Shown: positions 17,506 to 26,716 of the stretch, piece by piece
Layout of the letters: each line of letters opens with the position of its first letter
How positions within the stretch are numbered: position 1 is the stretch's first letter
Virus record (IMG/VR): IMGVR_UViG_3300044731_001668
Location: 1-33,604 of that record
Strand: one strand, 5' to 3'
DNA length: 33,604 nt
Origin: a virus
Lineage: Duplodnaviria > Caudoviricetes
Position numbers and translations under genes: made by a program
The notes under the pieces: generated by a model
Database searches by the model: none
What the model saw: only the letters and a program-made list of their open reading frames with translations
Told to the model about the DNA's origin: nothing

Positions 17506-18156
17506 ATGACTTATGTTATTCATCGTTCAGACGTTAATAAACCAGATTTTGAAATTGAACCATTAGAAGTTAATTCAACATTAACTAGTTTATTATTACA
17601 TGGCCGTGGTGCTAAAAATTATGGTGTAGGACAACAACAAAACTTTGTAAGATTACTTGAAAGCTTTGCAAGTTCTATTGCTCCATCTAATCCAATCGAA
17701 GGACAATTATGGTTTGATGTTGGTACTGATCCTAAAGTATTGAGAGTTTATAATGCTGGAACAAGTCTTTGGCAATTAGCTGCAAAACTCCCAACAGGAC
17801 AACCAACTAATCCTTCAGAAGGAGATTTATGGTATGATACTAGTACTGATCAATTAAGAGCTTGGGATGGAACTATATGGAAACCAGTATCTGCTCCTTA
17901 TATGGGAACAACTCAACCAACAACAGGTGTCACTAAAGGGCAAACTTGGTATGATACTAGTAATAATCAATTAAAAGCTTATGATGGAACAACTTGGTTT
18001 CCAGTTGCATTAATTTATAATACTATTCCAACAAATCCTGTTACTGGCCAAGTTTGGTATGATGCATTATCAAATGAAATTAAGGCTTATAATGGTTCAG
18101 AATGGGTTGTTCCTAAAGCAAAAAGAGATTATGCAGCAGCTTTGATTTTTAGCTAA
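17506..18156 (+). CDS. Virion structural (fibre/baseplate-type) repeat protein
   Basis: N-terminal TSLLLHGRG..NYG...QQNFVRLLESFA, then four repeats of P.NP..G.(L/T/V)W(Y/F)D.....L(R/K).(Y/W)(D/N)G..W. Confidence 0.75.
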   Translation: MTYVIHRSDVNKPDFEIEPLEVNSTLTSLLLHGRGAKNYGVGQQQNFVRLLESFASSIAPSNPIEGQLWFDVGTDPKVLRVYNAGTSLWQLAAKLPTGQPTNPSEGDLWYDTSTDQLRAWDGTIWKPVSAPYMGTTQPTTGVTKGQTWYDTSNNQLKAYDGTTWFPVALIYNTIPTNPVTGQVWYDALSNEIKAYNGSEWVVPKAKRDYAAALIFS

Positions 18157-18162
18157 AAAATA

Positions 18163-18191
18163 TTTACAAATCTAACATTGTGTGATATATT
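18163..18191 (+). promoter_or_regulatory. Early sigma70-type promoter
   Basis: TTTACA-17 nt-TATATT with TG extension. Confidence 0.55.
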
Positions 18192-18224
18192 TGATTATGT
18201 TATTTTGATATTAGGAAGAAGTGT

Positions 18225-18800
18225 ATGTTAATTGCTGTATCTGGTGCTCATGGTGTAGGTAAATCCACAGTGTTGAATGAATTATCAATGTTAGATTATT
18301 CAGTCGATAATTTTAAAGTTTCTCGCCATGTTCAGAAAGAAATGGGTTATAATAGCTTAGTTGAAGCTTTATCATCTTTTAAAGATATGAATAATTTCCA
18401 AGAACTTGTGATTCATAAAAAATATGAACATGATTTTAAATTAAGAACCAAGAGTTTTAATGATAAAGTATTTGTTGAGCGTTCCTTTTTTGACATATTA
18501 ATTTATGCTGAATTATGGAATAAACAATTAAATACTCGAAATAATAATTATTGGATTGATGGTTTTAGAAATGCATGTTTAAAATATCAATTAATTTATG
18601 ATAAATTAGTTATTATTGAGACAAATAAAAATATTAAATTTGAAGAAGATAAAAATAGAGGAAGTTTTGAAACACAAGAAATCTTCAATAATAGATTAAT
18701 TGAATTATGCGAACTTAGCGATATTCCTTTTCTTCTAGTAAAAGAACATGATATTAAAAAACGAGTAGATGAAATTATTAACTTTGTGGAGAGAAAATGA
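18225..18800 (+). CDS. P-loop nucleotide kinase / AAA_28-like ATPase
   Basis: N-terminal IAVSGAHGVGKST; VFVERSFFD...Y. Confidence 0.8.
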   Translation: MLIAVSGAHGVGKSTVLNELSMLDYSVDNFKVSRHVQKEMGYNSLVEALSSFKDMNNFQELVIHKKYEHDFKLRTKSFNDKVFVERSFFDILIYAELWNKQLNTRNNNYWIDGFRNACLKYQLIYDKLVIIETNKNIKFEEDKNRGSFETQEIFNNRLIELCELSDIPFLLVKEHDIKKRVDEIINFVERK

Positions 18801-19387
18801 TTAAATACCATTCTTATGCGCCAACTTATGGTTTATGTATCGATTGGGAAAGTAGTGGTTCGGATTTTTTAGGTAATAGTGCTTTAACATTTCAAGGTCT
18901 TTCTTTTGGTGCTATTATTTTTAATACTAGAACTTTTGAAATTGTAGATGAATTATATGTTGAAATAAAATTTGATGAAACAACATACCAATGGTCTAAT
19001 GATGCTCAAAAAATTCATGGTTTAACTAGAGAATATTTGGCTGAACACGGAGTAGAACGAGAAGAAGCTTGTGTATTGTTAATGGAATTTTTATTAAAGC
19101 ATTTAGGTCCTAATCCAAAAGTGATGGTATTAGGATTTAATACAGGTTTTGATATTAATTTTACTGAACAATTGTTTAATGATTTTGGGGTAGAATTTAA
19201 AAGTCATCATGTTGTATTAGATGTTGCTGGAATGTCTTTTATATGTTTCGGAACTTATAAATCAGATCATGTATTTGAACTATTTGGTAATGATAAACGA
19301 GCAGCTCATAATGCATTAGAAGATGCAAGAATGACTTTGGATGTTGCTCGACAATACAATGCTATATTTAAGGATTTAATGGCGTGA
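18797..19387 (+). CDS. DEDDh 3'-5' exonuclease (DnaQ-like)
   Basis: ExoI CIDWESSG, ExoII GFNTGFD, ExoIII HNALEDA. Confidence 0.88.
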   Translation: MIKYHSYAPTYGLCIDWESSGSDFLGNSALTFQGLSFGAIIFNTRTFEIVDELYVEIKFDETTYQWSNDAQKIHGLTREYLAEHGVEREEACVLLMEFLLKHLGPNPKVMVLGFNTGFDINFTEQLFNDFGVEFKSHHVVLDVAGMSFICFGTYKSDHVFELFGNDKRAAHNALEDARMTLDVARQYNAIFKDLMA

Positions 19388-20451
19388 ACTTTATTACATA
19401 TAAATGCAATACTTGTAAAAGAGAAATTGATATTGAAGAAGACCAATTACGTGTTTTCATTAATAAATGCTCTATTACGCAAGGTTGTGCTGGAAAATTA
19501 GTACCAATAAAAACTAAAAAAACTCGAAATATTTTATCAACAGATTTAGATACTACTATTTTTAATAAAAATAATACGTTATATCCTGATAAAAATAATT
19601 CTGATATTAATTTTGTTAATCTAAATTCAAGCTATAATACAATAACAATTGCTATTAGAGAATTTGATGATGTTCCTTTACCTCCAAGAATAAATTTGAG
19701 ATTTAATATTAATTCTCAAAATTCAACAACTTTTGATGAATTTGTTTATCGTGTATCTAATACAAAAATTATTTCAGGAAAAGATAATTCTAATATCCAA
19801 AAAGTATTAAAATTTTCTAATACAGATAATGTATTAGTTTTTTTGAATGGTCAAGTATTAGATGAAAGTTCATATGAAAAATCATATTTTAATAGTATTG
19901 GAACTTCTATTATATTAACAAATATGATTTATAGTTTATCCACTATTAAAATATTAGTATATAAACCAAGCGATATTGTTTACACCAATTATTTAGAATT
20001 TTTTGAAAATAAATATGTGACATCCTTCAATACAGCATGGAACAATGTTAATTATGTCAAAAGCGATGGTAAAAATTATAAGTTATTTTCAAGTAACCAA
20101 ATATTAAATTTGCCAATAAATTCTAGATTAAATCTATATCCAGGTGATAATGATGCTCTAATTGATGATAATGAATGTTTTATATTAATTGCTAATCCTC
20201 ACTATACAGTCGTTGATAGAATATTATCTAGCAGAGTTCCATTAAATAATTTTGTAAATGATGAAAATTATTTAAGATTAAGTTTACAAAATAAAAATTA
20301 TATGATACAATGTACCAATGGTTGCGTTATGACATCTTCATTAATGCAGCCAGTTTTAATGACACCTGATACAATATCAAACGTATCTAGTGTTGATAAT
20401 TCTTATGTCACAAATGACAACATAATTTCAAATATTATTGGAATAATTTAA
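19384..20451 (+). CDS. Hypothetical protein with an N-terminal zinc-ribbon
   Basis: GTG start overlapping the previous stop; CNTC...CSITQGC. Confidence 0.75.
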   Translation: MNFITYKCNTCKREIDIEEDQLRVFINKCSITQGCAGKLVPIKTKKTRNILSTDLDTTIFNKNNTLYPDKNNSDINFVNLNSSYNTITIAIREFDDVPLPPRINLRFNINSQNSTTFDEFVYRVSNTKIISGKDNSNIQKVLKFSNTDNVLVFLNGQVLDESSYEKSYFNSIGTSIILTNMIYSLSTIKILVYKPSDIVYTNYLEFFENKYVTSFNTAWNNVNYVKSDGKNYKLFSSNQILNLPINSRLNLYPGDNDALIDDNECFILIANPHYTVVDRILSSRVPLNNFVNDENYLRLSLQNKNYMIQCTNGCVMTSSLMQPVLMTPDTISNVSSVDNSYVTNDNIISNIIGII

Positions 20452-20454
20452 AAA

Positions 20455-20889
20455 ATGTATTATAATTATATTGAACTGTTTGAACCAGTTATTTCCACAG
20501 TGTGTCCAGAATTTGGAGATGAACATAAAATATTTAAGATGACTATCATGACTGATAATCAACAATATGATATTGGATTACTTAATCAAGCTCAAAGTTT
20601 TTGCGAAATGTTAGTTGATATATTTGATGAAGACAATGTTGAAATTGACTTTAATCCAAATCCTGATTTTTTTCCAACTAATAATTTTGAAAAAAGAGTA
20701 GAAGAAGAAAAATCTGCATTAATTGGAGATACTTTATACATGATGGGAGATGAAGAAGACGATTTTAATATTGACAAATTTATTGTTTGTGATTATTCTG
20801 TAAAACTTGACAATGAATTAGTTTGTTTATTTTCTACATTAACAACAGAAGATATTCAACAATCCCAAATTATTGAGAGAAGACATTGA
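20455..20889 (+). CDS. Acidic hypothetical protein
   Basis: 144 aa ORF in operon-like packing. Confidence 0.7.
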   Translation: MYYNYIELFEPVISTVCPEFGDEHKIFKMTIMTDNQQYDIGLLNQAQSFCEMLVDIFDEDNVEIDFNPNPDFFPTNNFEKRVEEEKSALIGDTLYMMGDEEDDFNIDKFIVCDYSVKLDNELVCLFSTLTTEDIQQSQIIERRH

Positions 20890-21278
20890 AAAAAAGAAAT
20901 TATTATGTTTATACGATAATGTTTCAAATGGAACATAAAGTTTTTGAAAATTATCCACTTAAAGTAAATTTAGATGCTGTTTCTTTAGAATTGGAGTCTG
21001 AACATTTTTCTGAATATGAAGCATGTGTTAATGATTGTAATAATCTGTTATTAGCATTTAGTGAAAATTTATCAGAAATATCAGGAAAGGAATTTGAAGT
21101 TGGTTGGGAAGCTAATCCTGATAGGATGAAGAATGCTCCTCATATAACTAAAGAATGGAATTCTGAAGAAATTGTTCATGTTTTTTTATTTGAGAAAGAT
21201 AATAAAGAAATGTATATTGCAATGGCAAATGTTTTAGTTAAACCTTATGACGAGGAGTTGATACCTTATGTAGATTAA
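20886..21278 (+). CDS. Hypothetical protein
   Basis: TTG start overlapping the previous stop; 130 aa. Confidence 0.65.
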   Translation: MKKRNYYVYTIMFQMEHKVFENYPLKVNLDAVSLELESEHFSEYEACVNDCNNLLLAFSENLSEISGKEFEVGWEANPDRMKNAPHITKEWNSEEIVHVFLFEKDNKEMYIAMANVLVKPYDEELIPYVD

Positions 21279-21283
21279 AAATA

Positions 21284-21312
21284 TTTACTTTTTATTGAAG
21301 ATGTATTATAAT
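21284..21312 (+). promoter_or_regulatory. Early sigma70-type promoter
   Basis: TTTACT-17 nt-TATAAT. Confidence 0.7.
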
Positions 21313-21346
21313 AAATTTTTGAAAACAATTATGTGGAGTAATAAAA

Positions 21347-21634
21347 ATGGCAAAACCTGAAATCGTAAATATTGAAAGCATTCTAAATAACCCTAAAGAT
21401 AAAACAACATTACAGGGTTTTATTGATGAAGCAGTTCGATTAAAAATGATTATTAAAGATAATAATGAATCAATTAAAGCAATTAAAGACGAAGCTCTTG
21501 AAAAAATTGGTTTAGACCCTAAAATGTTCAATGCATTAGTTAAAATCGCAACTAATAATAATGCATTGGAAACCCAATCTGAAATTCATGCTTTAGATGC
21601 TGCAATTGAAATTTTATTTGGTTCTAACGACTAA
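21347..21634 (+). CDS. dsbA: Double-stranded DNA-binding protein (T4 DsbA-like)
   Basis: FIDEA...K..I...NESIK.IK..A...IG.D.KMFN.L matches the T4 DsbA pattern; GGAG SD. Confidence 0.8.
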   Translation: MAKPEIVNIESILNNPKDKTTLQGFIDEAVRLKMIIKDNNESIKAIKDEALEKIGLDPKMFNALVKIATNNNALETQSEIHALDAAIEILFGSND

Positions 21635-21650
21635 TACTTAAATAACATGT

Positions 21651-21676
21651 AAAATGGCCTAATATTAGGCCATTTT
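21651..21676. terminator. Hairpin / probable terminator
   Basis: Perfect inverted repeat aaaatggcctaa-ta-ttaggccatttt between dsbA and the polymerase. Confidence 0.7.
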
Positions 21677-21696
21677 CATTTTTAAATGGAGATACT

Positions 21697-23358
21697 ATGA
21701 CAGAACCTAATTATGTTGGAGTTGTTGAAGATTATGGAACTGAAGAAATCATTGTATGGGAACGAGTGGGAACTAAACGTGAAGCAACACGATATCCTAA
21801 TCCATATTATTTTTATGTTGAAGGTGATGGTCCTTATAAATCAATGTATGGAGAACAATCATTAAAAAAATTATCTTTTTCAAATAGAGATGATTTTAAA
21901 TTAGCATGCGCTGAATATCCAGTAAAATATGAAAGTGATTTTTCTATTATAGATAAAGTATTGATGAATAATTATTATGGAAAAACAATTCCAAATTTAA
22001 ATTATTCATTTTTTGATATTGAGGTAGATGTAGACGATCAAGGTTTCGCAACACCTAAAGATGCAAGATGTCCAATTAATGCAATCACTTTATATAATCA
22101 ATGGCTTGATACATTCTATGTTTTAGCATTACCGCCACCTAATTGGGACGGAAAAGAATTCATTCCAGATACAACAAAATATAATTATGAAGCTATTGAA
22201 AATCTAGAAATTATATTTGTTCAATCTGAAGCAGAATTATTATCAATCTTTTTAGAATTAATTGATGATTGTGATTTTATTTCTGGATGGAATAGCGAGT
22301 TTTTTGATATTCCATATATTTATAATCGAATTGTTCAAATTCTTGGTGAAAGAGCAGCAGAACAATTATGTTTTACTGGCGCTGGAAAACCAAGAATTCG
22401 TGAAGTTGAAAGATTTGGAAAAAAAGAGCAAGTTGTAACACTAATGGGAAGGTCGCATTTAGATTATCTTGCTATGTTTAAGAAATTTACATTTGAAGGA
22501 AGAGCATCTTATTCATTAGCTAATATTTGTGAAGAAGAATTAGGTTTATCTAAATTAGAATATCATGGTTCTTTAAGAGATTTGTATTATAATAATTTTG
22601 AACAATTCATTACTTATAATGTAATTGACGTTTTTCTTCTTGTTAAACTTGATAAAAAGTTTTCTTTTGTTGCATTAGTTAATCAAATGGCTCATGAAAA
22701 TACTGTACCATTTGATGCAATTTTAGGAACTACTAGATATGTTGATACAGGAACTACTAATTACGCCCACAATCATTTAAATGTAATTGTTAAAGATAAA
22801 GACGTTCATGGTTCTCATGAAAAAGTTGAAGGTGCTATTGTATTAACACCTAATAGAGGATTACATGAATGGGTTGGAAGTGTTGATATTAACTCTCTTT
22901 ATCCTTCAGTATTAAGAAGTTTAAATATTTCTCCAGAAACTTTAATTGGTCAGTTTGAAACACCTGAAACATTTGAAAGAATGCAAACTTTAGAAGATGT
23001 TCAACAATTAATTAAAGACAGTAATAAAGCTGGAGTAAATCTAGATACATTCTTTTCTGCTATGTCTAAAGAATATGATTGGCGTGGAATTTTTGCTAAA
23101 GATGATTATCCTCATACAGCATTAATTAATGGTCAATATATTACAAAAACTGGTAAACAATGGAATGAATATTTAAGAAAACAGAAATGGGCAGTATCTG
23201 CTTATGGAACAATTTTTGATCAATCAGGAAAACAAGGTATTATTCCTGGTGTACTGCAATATTGGTATTCAGAACGAAAAGCTTTACAGAAAGAATTGAA
23301 ATCATGGAAGAAAAAGTTAGAAGAATTAAAAAAACAAAATGTTTTACATTCTGATTAA
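21697..23358 (+). CDS. gp43: Family B DNA polymerase, N-terminal part (exonuclease plus motif A); split gene
   Basis: ExoI FFDIEVD, ExoII GWNSEFFDIPY, ExoIII YNVID and motif A SVDINSLYPS. Ends after WYSERK without KxxxNSxYG or YGDTDS. Confidence 0.92.
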   Translation: MTEPNYVGVVEDYGTEEIIVWERVGTKREATRYPNPYYFYVEGDGPYKSMYGEQSLKKLSFSNRDDFKLACAEYPVKYESDFSIIDKVLMNNYYGKTIPNLNYSFFDIEVDVDDQGFATPKDARCPINAITLYNQWLDTFYVLALPPPNWDGKEFIPDTTKYNYEAIENLEIIFVQSEAELLSIFLELIDDCDFISGWNSEFFDIPYIYNRIVQILGERAAEQLCFTGAGKPRIREVERFGKKEQVVTLMGRSHLDYLAMFKKFTFEGRASYSLANICEEELGLSKLEYHGSLRDLYYNNFEQFITYNVIDVFLLVKLDKKFSFVALVNQMAHENTVPFDAILGTTRYVDTGTTNYAHNHLNVIVKDKDVHGSHEKVEGAIVLTPNRGLHEWVGSVDINSLYPSVLRSLNISPETLIGQFETPETFERMQTLEDVQQLIKDSNKAGVNLDTFFSAMSKEYDWRGIFAKDDYPHTALINGQYITKTGKQWNEYLRKQKWAVSAYGTIFDQSGKQGIIPGVLQYWYSERKALQKELKSWKKKLEELKKQNVLHSD

Positions 23359-23371
23359 ATGGTAATATAAT

Positions 23372-23554
23372 ATGACAAACATTAACGATGAAGCTATAGA
23401 AAATTTTTTAAAAGAAATTATTCCTATTATAGGAAAATATAAAAGATGTTATAACATTCCAGTTAAAATTGATATAGAATTACATTTTTCTAAAGATAAA
23501 CAAGAATTTTGGAAATCATATCATTCTGATTTTTTGAAAACAGAGGAAACATAA
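23372..23554 (+). CDS. Small hypothetical protein
   Basis: 60 aa ORF filling the gap in the operon. Confidence 0.55.
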   Translation: MTNINDEAIENFLKEIIPIIGKYKRCYNIPVKIDIELHFSKDKQEFWKSYHSDFLKTEET

Positions 23555-23555
23555 G

Positions 23556-23978
23556 ATGAAAACATATAAAGAATATAAAACTGAAATTTGCCCAGTATTG
23601 CCAGAGAAAGTTGAACCTGTAATACAATATTATGCATATAAAAAAGGACAAGCAACTATTTTTGATACTTGGGACTTAGCTCATAATCATTCTAAACTTG
23701 TTGAAAAAGTAGTTACCAATCAAACTGATATTGATACATATTATGATAAACTTCGACAAATTGATAATAAAGTTTTTAATTCATGGTATGCTGATTTAAA
23801 AGAAGAATTTAAATTAAACCATCCTGAATTATCTAATTTGTCTGAATTTTCATTTGATGTTGTTTATGAAAAAGCTTATGACCGAGGACATTCTGCTGGT
23901 ATGGATGAAGTTTACTGTTGTTTTAAAAATGAAGCTCATTATCTTTATGATGCATTTAGAAAATGTAATGTTATTTAA
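23556..23978 (+). CDS. Hypothetical phage protein
   Basis: GAGGA SD; C-terminal AYDRGHSAGMDEV motif. Confidence 0.75.
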   Translation: MKTYKEYKTEICPVLPEKVEPVIQYYAYKKGQATIFDTWDLAHNHSKLVEKVVTNQTDIDTYYDKLRQIDNKVFNSWYADLKEEFKLNHPELSNLSEFSFDVVYEKAYDRGHSAGMDEVYCCFKNEAHYLYDAFRKCNVI

Positions 23979-24631
23979 ATAAATTTCTCGTAAAACTGGA
24001 TTATTCTTTTAGTTAATTCTTCTTTGAATGGTAATAATTCAAACTTGAATACTAAAGGAAATCCAGTTTGGGCTGACATTAATATAACACCTTGATTAAT
24101 ATTAGTTCCATATAATTCATTACAAGCAATACCATAAAACGTGCATTGTAATTTATAATCTAAAATATCTTTATCAGATTTAACTTTATTAGATGTTTTA
24201 AAATCAATAATGCTTGGGATATCTTCATAATAACCTATGCAATCACATCTTCCAGCAACTCCCAATTCATCAGAATATAAAGCTATTTCTTGAGCAGTTG
24301 GTTTTATATTATTCAATTTTACTTTTAAAGCGGTAAAAACATTAATATCTTCAATTGAAAAAGTTTTAAGTTGCAAATCTTCTTTCTTTAAATATCGCTC
24401 TATTAATAAATGAACATTTGTTCCTTTATCTGCTGCTTTTTTTGTATAAGCTTGAGCTTTAGCTTTTCCTAAACTATCTTGCCATCTTGATAAAGAAGCT
24501 TGTTTTTCAGGTTCCATTGTTTGTCCTAATATTGTTGTAATAGAAGGTAAATGTTCTCCTGATGGAATTTTATATAGTCTCATATTATTCTGATTTATTG
24601 TAGAAAGTTCAACAGTATTTTCTAATTTCAT
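23975..24631 (-). CDS. PD-(D/E)XK exonuclease
   Basis: LPSITTIL, GTNVH..IE, E..LY...GVAGRCD, IIDFKTS and Q...Y. Confidence 0.88.
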   Translation of the reverse strand: MKLENTVELSTINQNNMRLYKIPSGEHLPSITTILGQTMEPEKQASLSRWQDSLGKAKAQAYTKKAADKGTNVHLLIERYLKKEDLQLKTFSIEDINVFTALKVKLNNIKPTAQEIALYSDELGVAGRCDCIGYYEDIPSIIDFKTSNKVKSDKDILDYKLQCTFYGIACNELYGTNINQGVILMSAQTGFPLVFKFELLPFKEELTKRIIQFYEKFI

Positions 24632-24656
24632 ATTGGCAGCATCTCTCTTATAATCA

Positions 24657-24672
24657 TAAATAATTATTTATA
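24657..24672. promoter_or_regulatory. Opposed late-promoter-like motifs
   Basis: TAAATA on + (24657-24662) and TATAAATA on - (24665-24672) between divergent genes. Confidence 0.45.
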
Positions 24673-24686
24673 GAGGCTAAAATGAT

Positions 24687-24974
24687 ATGAAAAGATATAA
24701 TTTAGGATTTAAATGGTTTGGTCCATTAGAACAATGTAAAGATGGAACATTGGTTAAATATGAAGATCATATTCATTTGTTATTCCAATTTGTGAATAAG
24801 AAAAATAAAAAAATTAAAGAACTTGAGGATCTTTTAGAACAAGAAACAAGAAAACAATGGTTGTCTATTTTACAAATTAACAAAATAGAAAAACAAAATA
24901 TAACATTGTTCTGGATTTGTTCGATTTTAATGTTGGGAAATTTAATTCATTTGTTTACTTTTTTGCAGGGTTGA
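24687..24974 (+). CDS. Hypothetical protein with a coiled coil and C-terminal transmembrane segment
   Basis: GAGG SD; hydrophobic ITLFWICSILMLGNLIHLFTFL. Confidence 0.65.
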   Translation: MKRYNLGFKWFGPLEQCKDGTLVKYEDHIHLLFQFVNKKNKKIKELEDLLEQETRKQWLSILQINKIEKQNITLFWICSILMLGNLIHLFTFLQG

Positions 24975-24982
24975 TTTATAAT
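24954..24982 (+). promoter_or_regulatory. Early sigma70-type promoter
   Basis: GTTTACT-17 nt-TATAAT upstream of cca. Confidence 0.7.
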
Positions 24983-25013
24983 ATTTCAAAGTTAATTAGA
25001 TGGATGCAATGAA

Positions 25014-26108
25014 ATGAAGATTATGAAAGTTGGTGGAGCAGTAAGAGATACCTTAATGGGTAGAACTCCTAAAGATATTGACTATGTTGTTGTAGGAGCT
25101 ACTCCCCATGACATGATTTCAAGAGGTTTTGTCCAAGTTGGAGCAGATTTTCCAGTTTTCTTGCATCCTGAAACTAAAGAAGAATATGCTCTGGCTCGTA
25201 AAGAACGTAAAGTTACAGCTGGTTACCATGGCTTTGAGACAGACTTCAGTACATCAGTTACCTTGGAAGAAGATCTGGGTCGCCGGGATATTACTGCTAA
25301 TAGCATAGCACAAGATATTGAAACAGGCGAAATTATTGACCCATTCAATGGTCAAGAAGATTTGAAAAACAAAATCTTGAGACATACATCTTCTGCATTT
25401 GCTGAAGACCCTGTACGTGTATTGAGAGTTGCTCGATTTACAGCAAGATATGTAGATTTTAAAGTTGCTGAAAAGACAATAGAGTTGATGAAGGACTTGG
25501 TATCTAAAGGTGAATTGCAACATTTGACAAAAGAACGAGTAGTATTGGAATTCGAGAAAGCTTTTAGTGAAAATGACCCAATGCGTTTTATTACTTGTTT
25601 GTGGCAAGTTGGAGCTTTGGAAGTCATTTTTCCAGAATTGGATGTAATGATTAAAGACCAATCACCTGCTCGTTTGATTGAATGGACTATTACATTGCGT
25701 CATATGACCTGCAACATTGAACGAATCGCTTTTATGTTTTCTAAATTTGAAGAAGAACAAATTAAGTCTATTTGCGAAAGAATGAAATTTTCCAATGAAG
25801 TAAGAGACTTGTCGATTGACTTTAAAATTTTTAGACAGAAGTATGATTTGAATGCTCGATATACGGTTAAGGTATTTGACCACTTTAAAGTGTCTCATAA
25901 CCCTCAGCAGTTTTGGAAAGTGTTTAATATGTTCAATAGTATCAATATGGATAATAGGAAAGATTCACATAGGGCCTCATTGATGATTTCTGATTATTGT
26001 AGTGTTAGTTTTGATTCATTGACTCCAGAACAGAAAGCTTTGAAAGGTTCTGCGATTAGTGAAGCTATTATGGCACATCGAATGGTGAAAATTGATAATT
26101 ACTTCTAA
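25014..26108 (+). CDS. cca: tRNA nucleotidyltransferase (class II CCA-adding enzyme, no HD domain)
   Basis: VGGAVRD...DIDYVV, EYALARKERK, LEEDLGRRDITAN, DPFNG..DL, F.EDPVRVLRVARF and ERV..E. Confidence 0.93.
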   Translation: MKIMKVGGAVRDTLMGRTPKDIDYVVVGATPHDMISRGFVQVGADFPVFLHPETKEEYALARKERKVTAGYHGFETDFSTSVTLEEDLGRRDITANSIAQDIETGEIIDPFNGQEDLKNKILRHTSSAFAEDPVRVLRVARFTARYVDFKVAEKTIELMKDLVSKGELQHLTKERVVLEFEKAFSENDPMRFITCLWQVGALEVIFPELDVMIKDQSPARLIEWTITLRHMTCNIERIAFMFSKFEEEQIKSICERMKFSNEVRDLSIDFKIFRQKYDLNARYTVKVFDHFKVSHNPQQFWKVFNMFNSINMDNRKDSHRASLMISDYCSVSFDSLTPEQKALKGSAISEAIMAHRMVKIDNYF

Positions 26109-26274
26109 AATAAAAACATTACAGTCTTGTAAAATCCCAAATGAAGAACGCGCGCACATATTAAAATGGGTATCTGATAATAAAGTTACATTATCAGAAT
26201 TGGCTATATTTTATGAAAAAGGTATTGGTAATTTTCAACAAATCATTTCAAAATTAATACCATATAAACAATAA
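26092..26274 (+). CDS. Small hypothetical protein
   Basis: 60 aa, TTG start overlapping the end of cca; start uncertain. Confidence 0.45.
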   Translation: MIITSKIKTLQSCKIPNEERAHILKWVSDNKVTLSELAIFYEKGIGNFQQIISKLIPYKQ

Positions 26275-26645
26275 TGAAAAAAATTTATGATTACTATCCT
26301 TTTTCAGAAAAGGAAACTGGGCTAAATTTCAAAATAATGTATGGTTTAATTATCACAAATAAAAAAGGCATTATCCATAATAAACATTTGATCAATCCAA
26401 TTTTACAAATTAATAATATTTCTGATAATTGGGATTTAGATGATAATTGTTTTTTTATTGAAATAAAATCTAAATTAAATTTTGAAGTTTTAGAAGGAAA
26501 AAACAATTTAACAGAAGAAGATATTTCTATGTTGAAAAAATGGATTGAAATCAATTATGAAAATTTATTAACATTAACTAAAAAATGTATTATCGGAACA
26601 AATTGGATGTCAGCTATTAAAAATTTTTCAGAAATAAAATTGTGA
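26274..26645 (+). CDS. Hypothetical protein
   Basis: 123 aa; C-terminal LKKWIEINYENLL is weakly reminiscent of DUF4160. Confidence 0.6.
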   Translation: MKKIYDYYPFSEKETGLNFKIMYGLIITNKKGIIHNKHLINPILQINNISDNWDLDDNCFFIEIKSKLNFEVLEGKNNLTEEDISMLKKWIEINYENLLTLTKKCIIGTNWMSAIKNFSEIKL

Positions 26646-26653
26646 AAAAATGT

Positions 26654-26681
26654 TTTACTTTTTCACAAATTAGTATATAAT
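26654..26681 (+). promoter_or_regulatory. Early sigma70-type promoter
   Basis: TTTACT-16 nt-TATAAT. Confidence 0.6.
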
Positions 26682-26716
26682 TATCTTACTTTCTAAAACA
26701 ATACGAGGATAAGAAG

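Noticed and set aside
23556-23585. MKTYKEYKTE resembling the T4 capsid-targeting sequence
   Set aside because: It lacks the F-(I/L) hydrophobic pair before x-E and sits in a replication operon, so it is likely coincidental.
23359-23978. Group I intron or split intein continuing the polymerase
   Set aside because: No intein block A at the ORF end, no recognisable intron core, and the region is filled by ordinary small ORFs.
23975-24631. Cas4 / CRISPR adaptation role for the PD-(D/E)XK nuclease
   Set aside because: No four-Cys Fe-S cluster pattern and no array; it matches a common phage exonuclease type.
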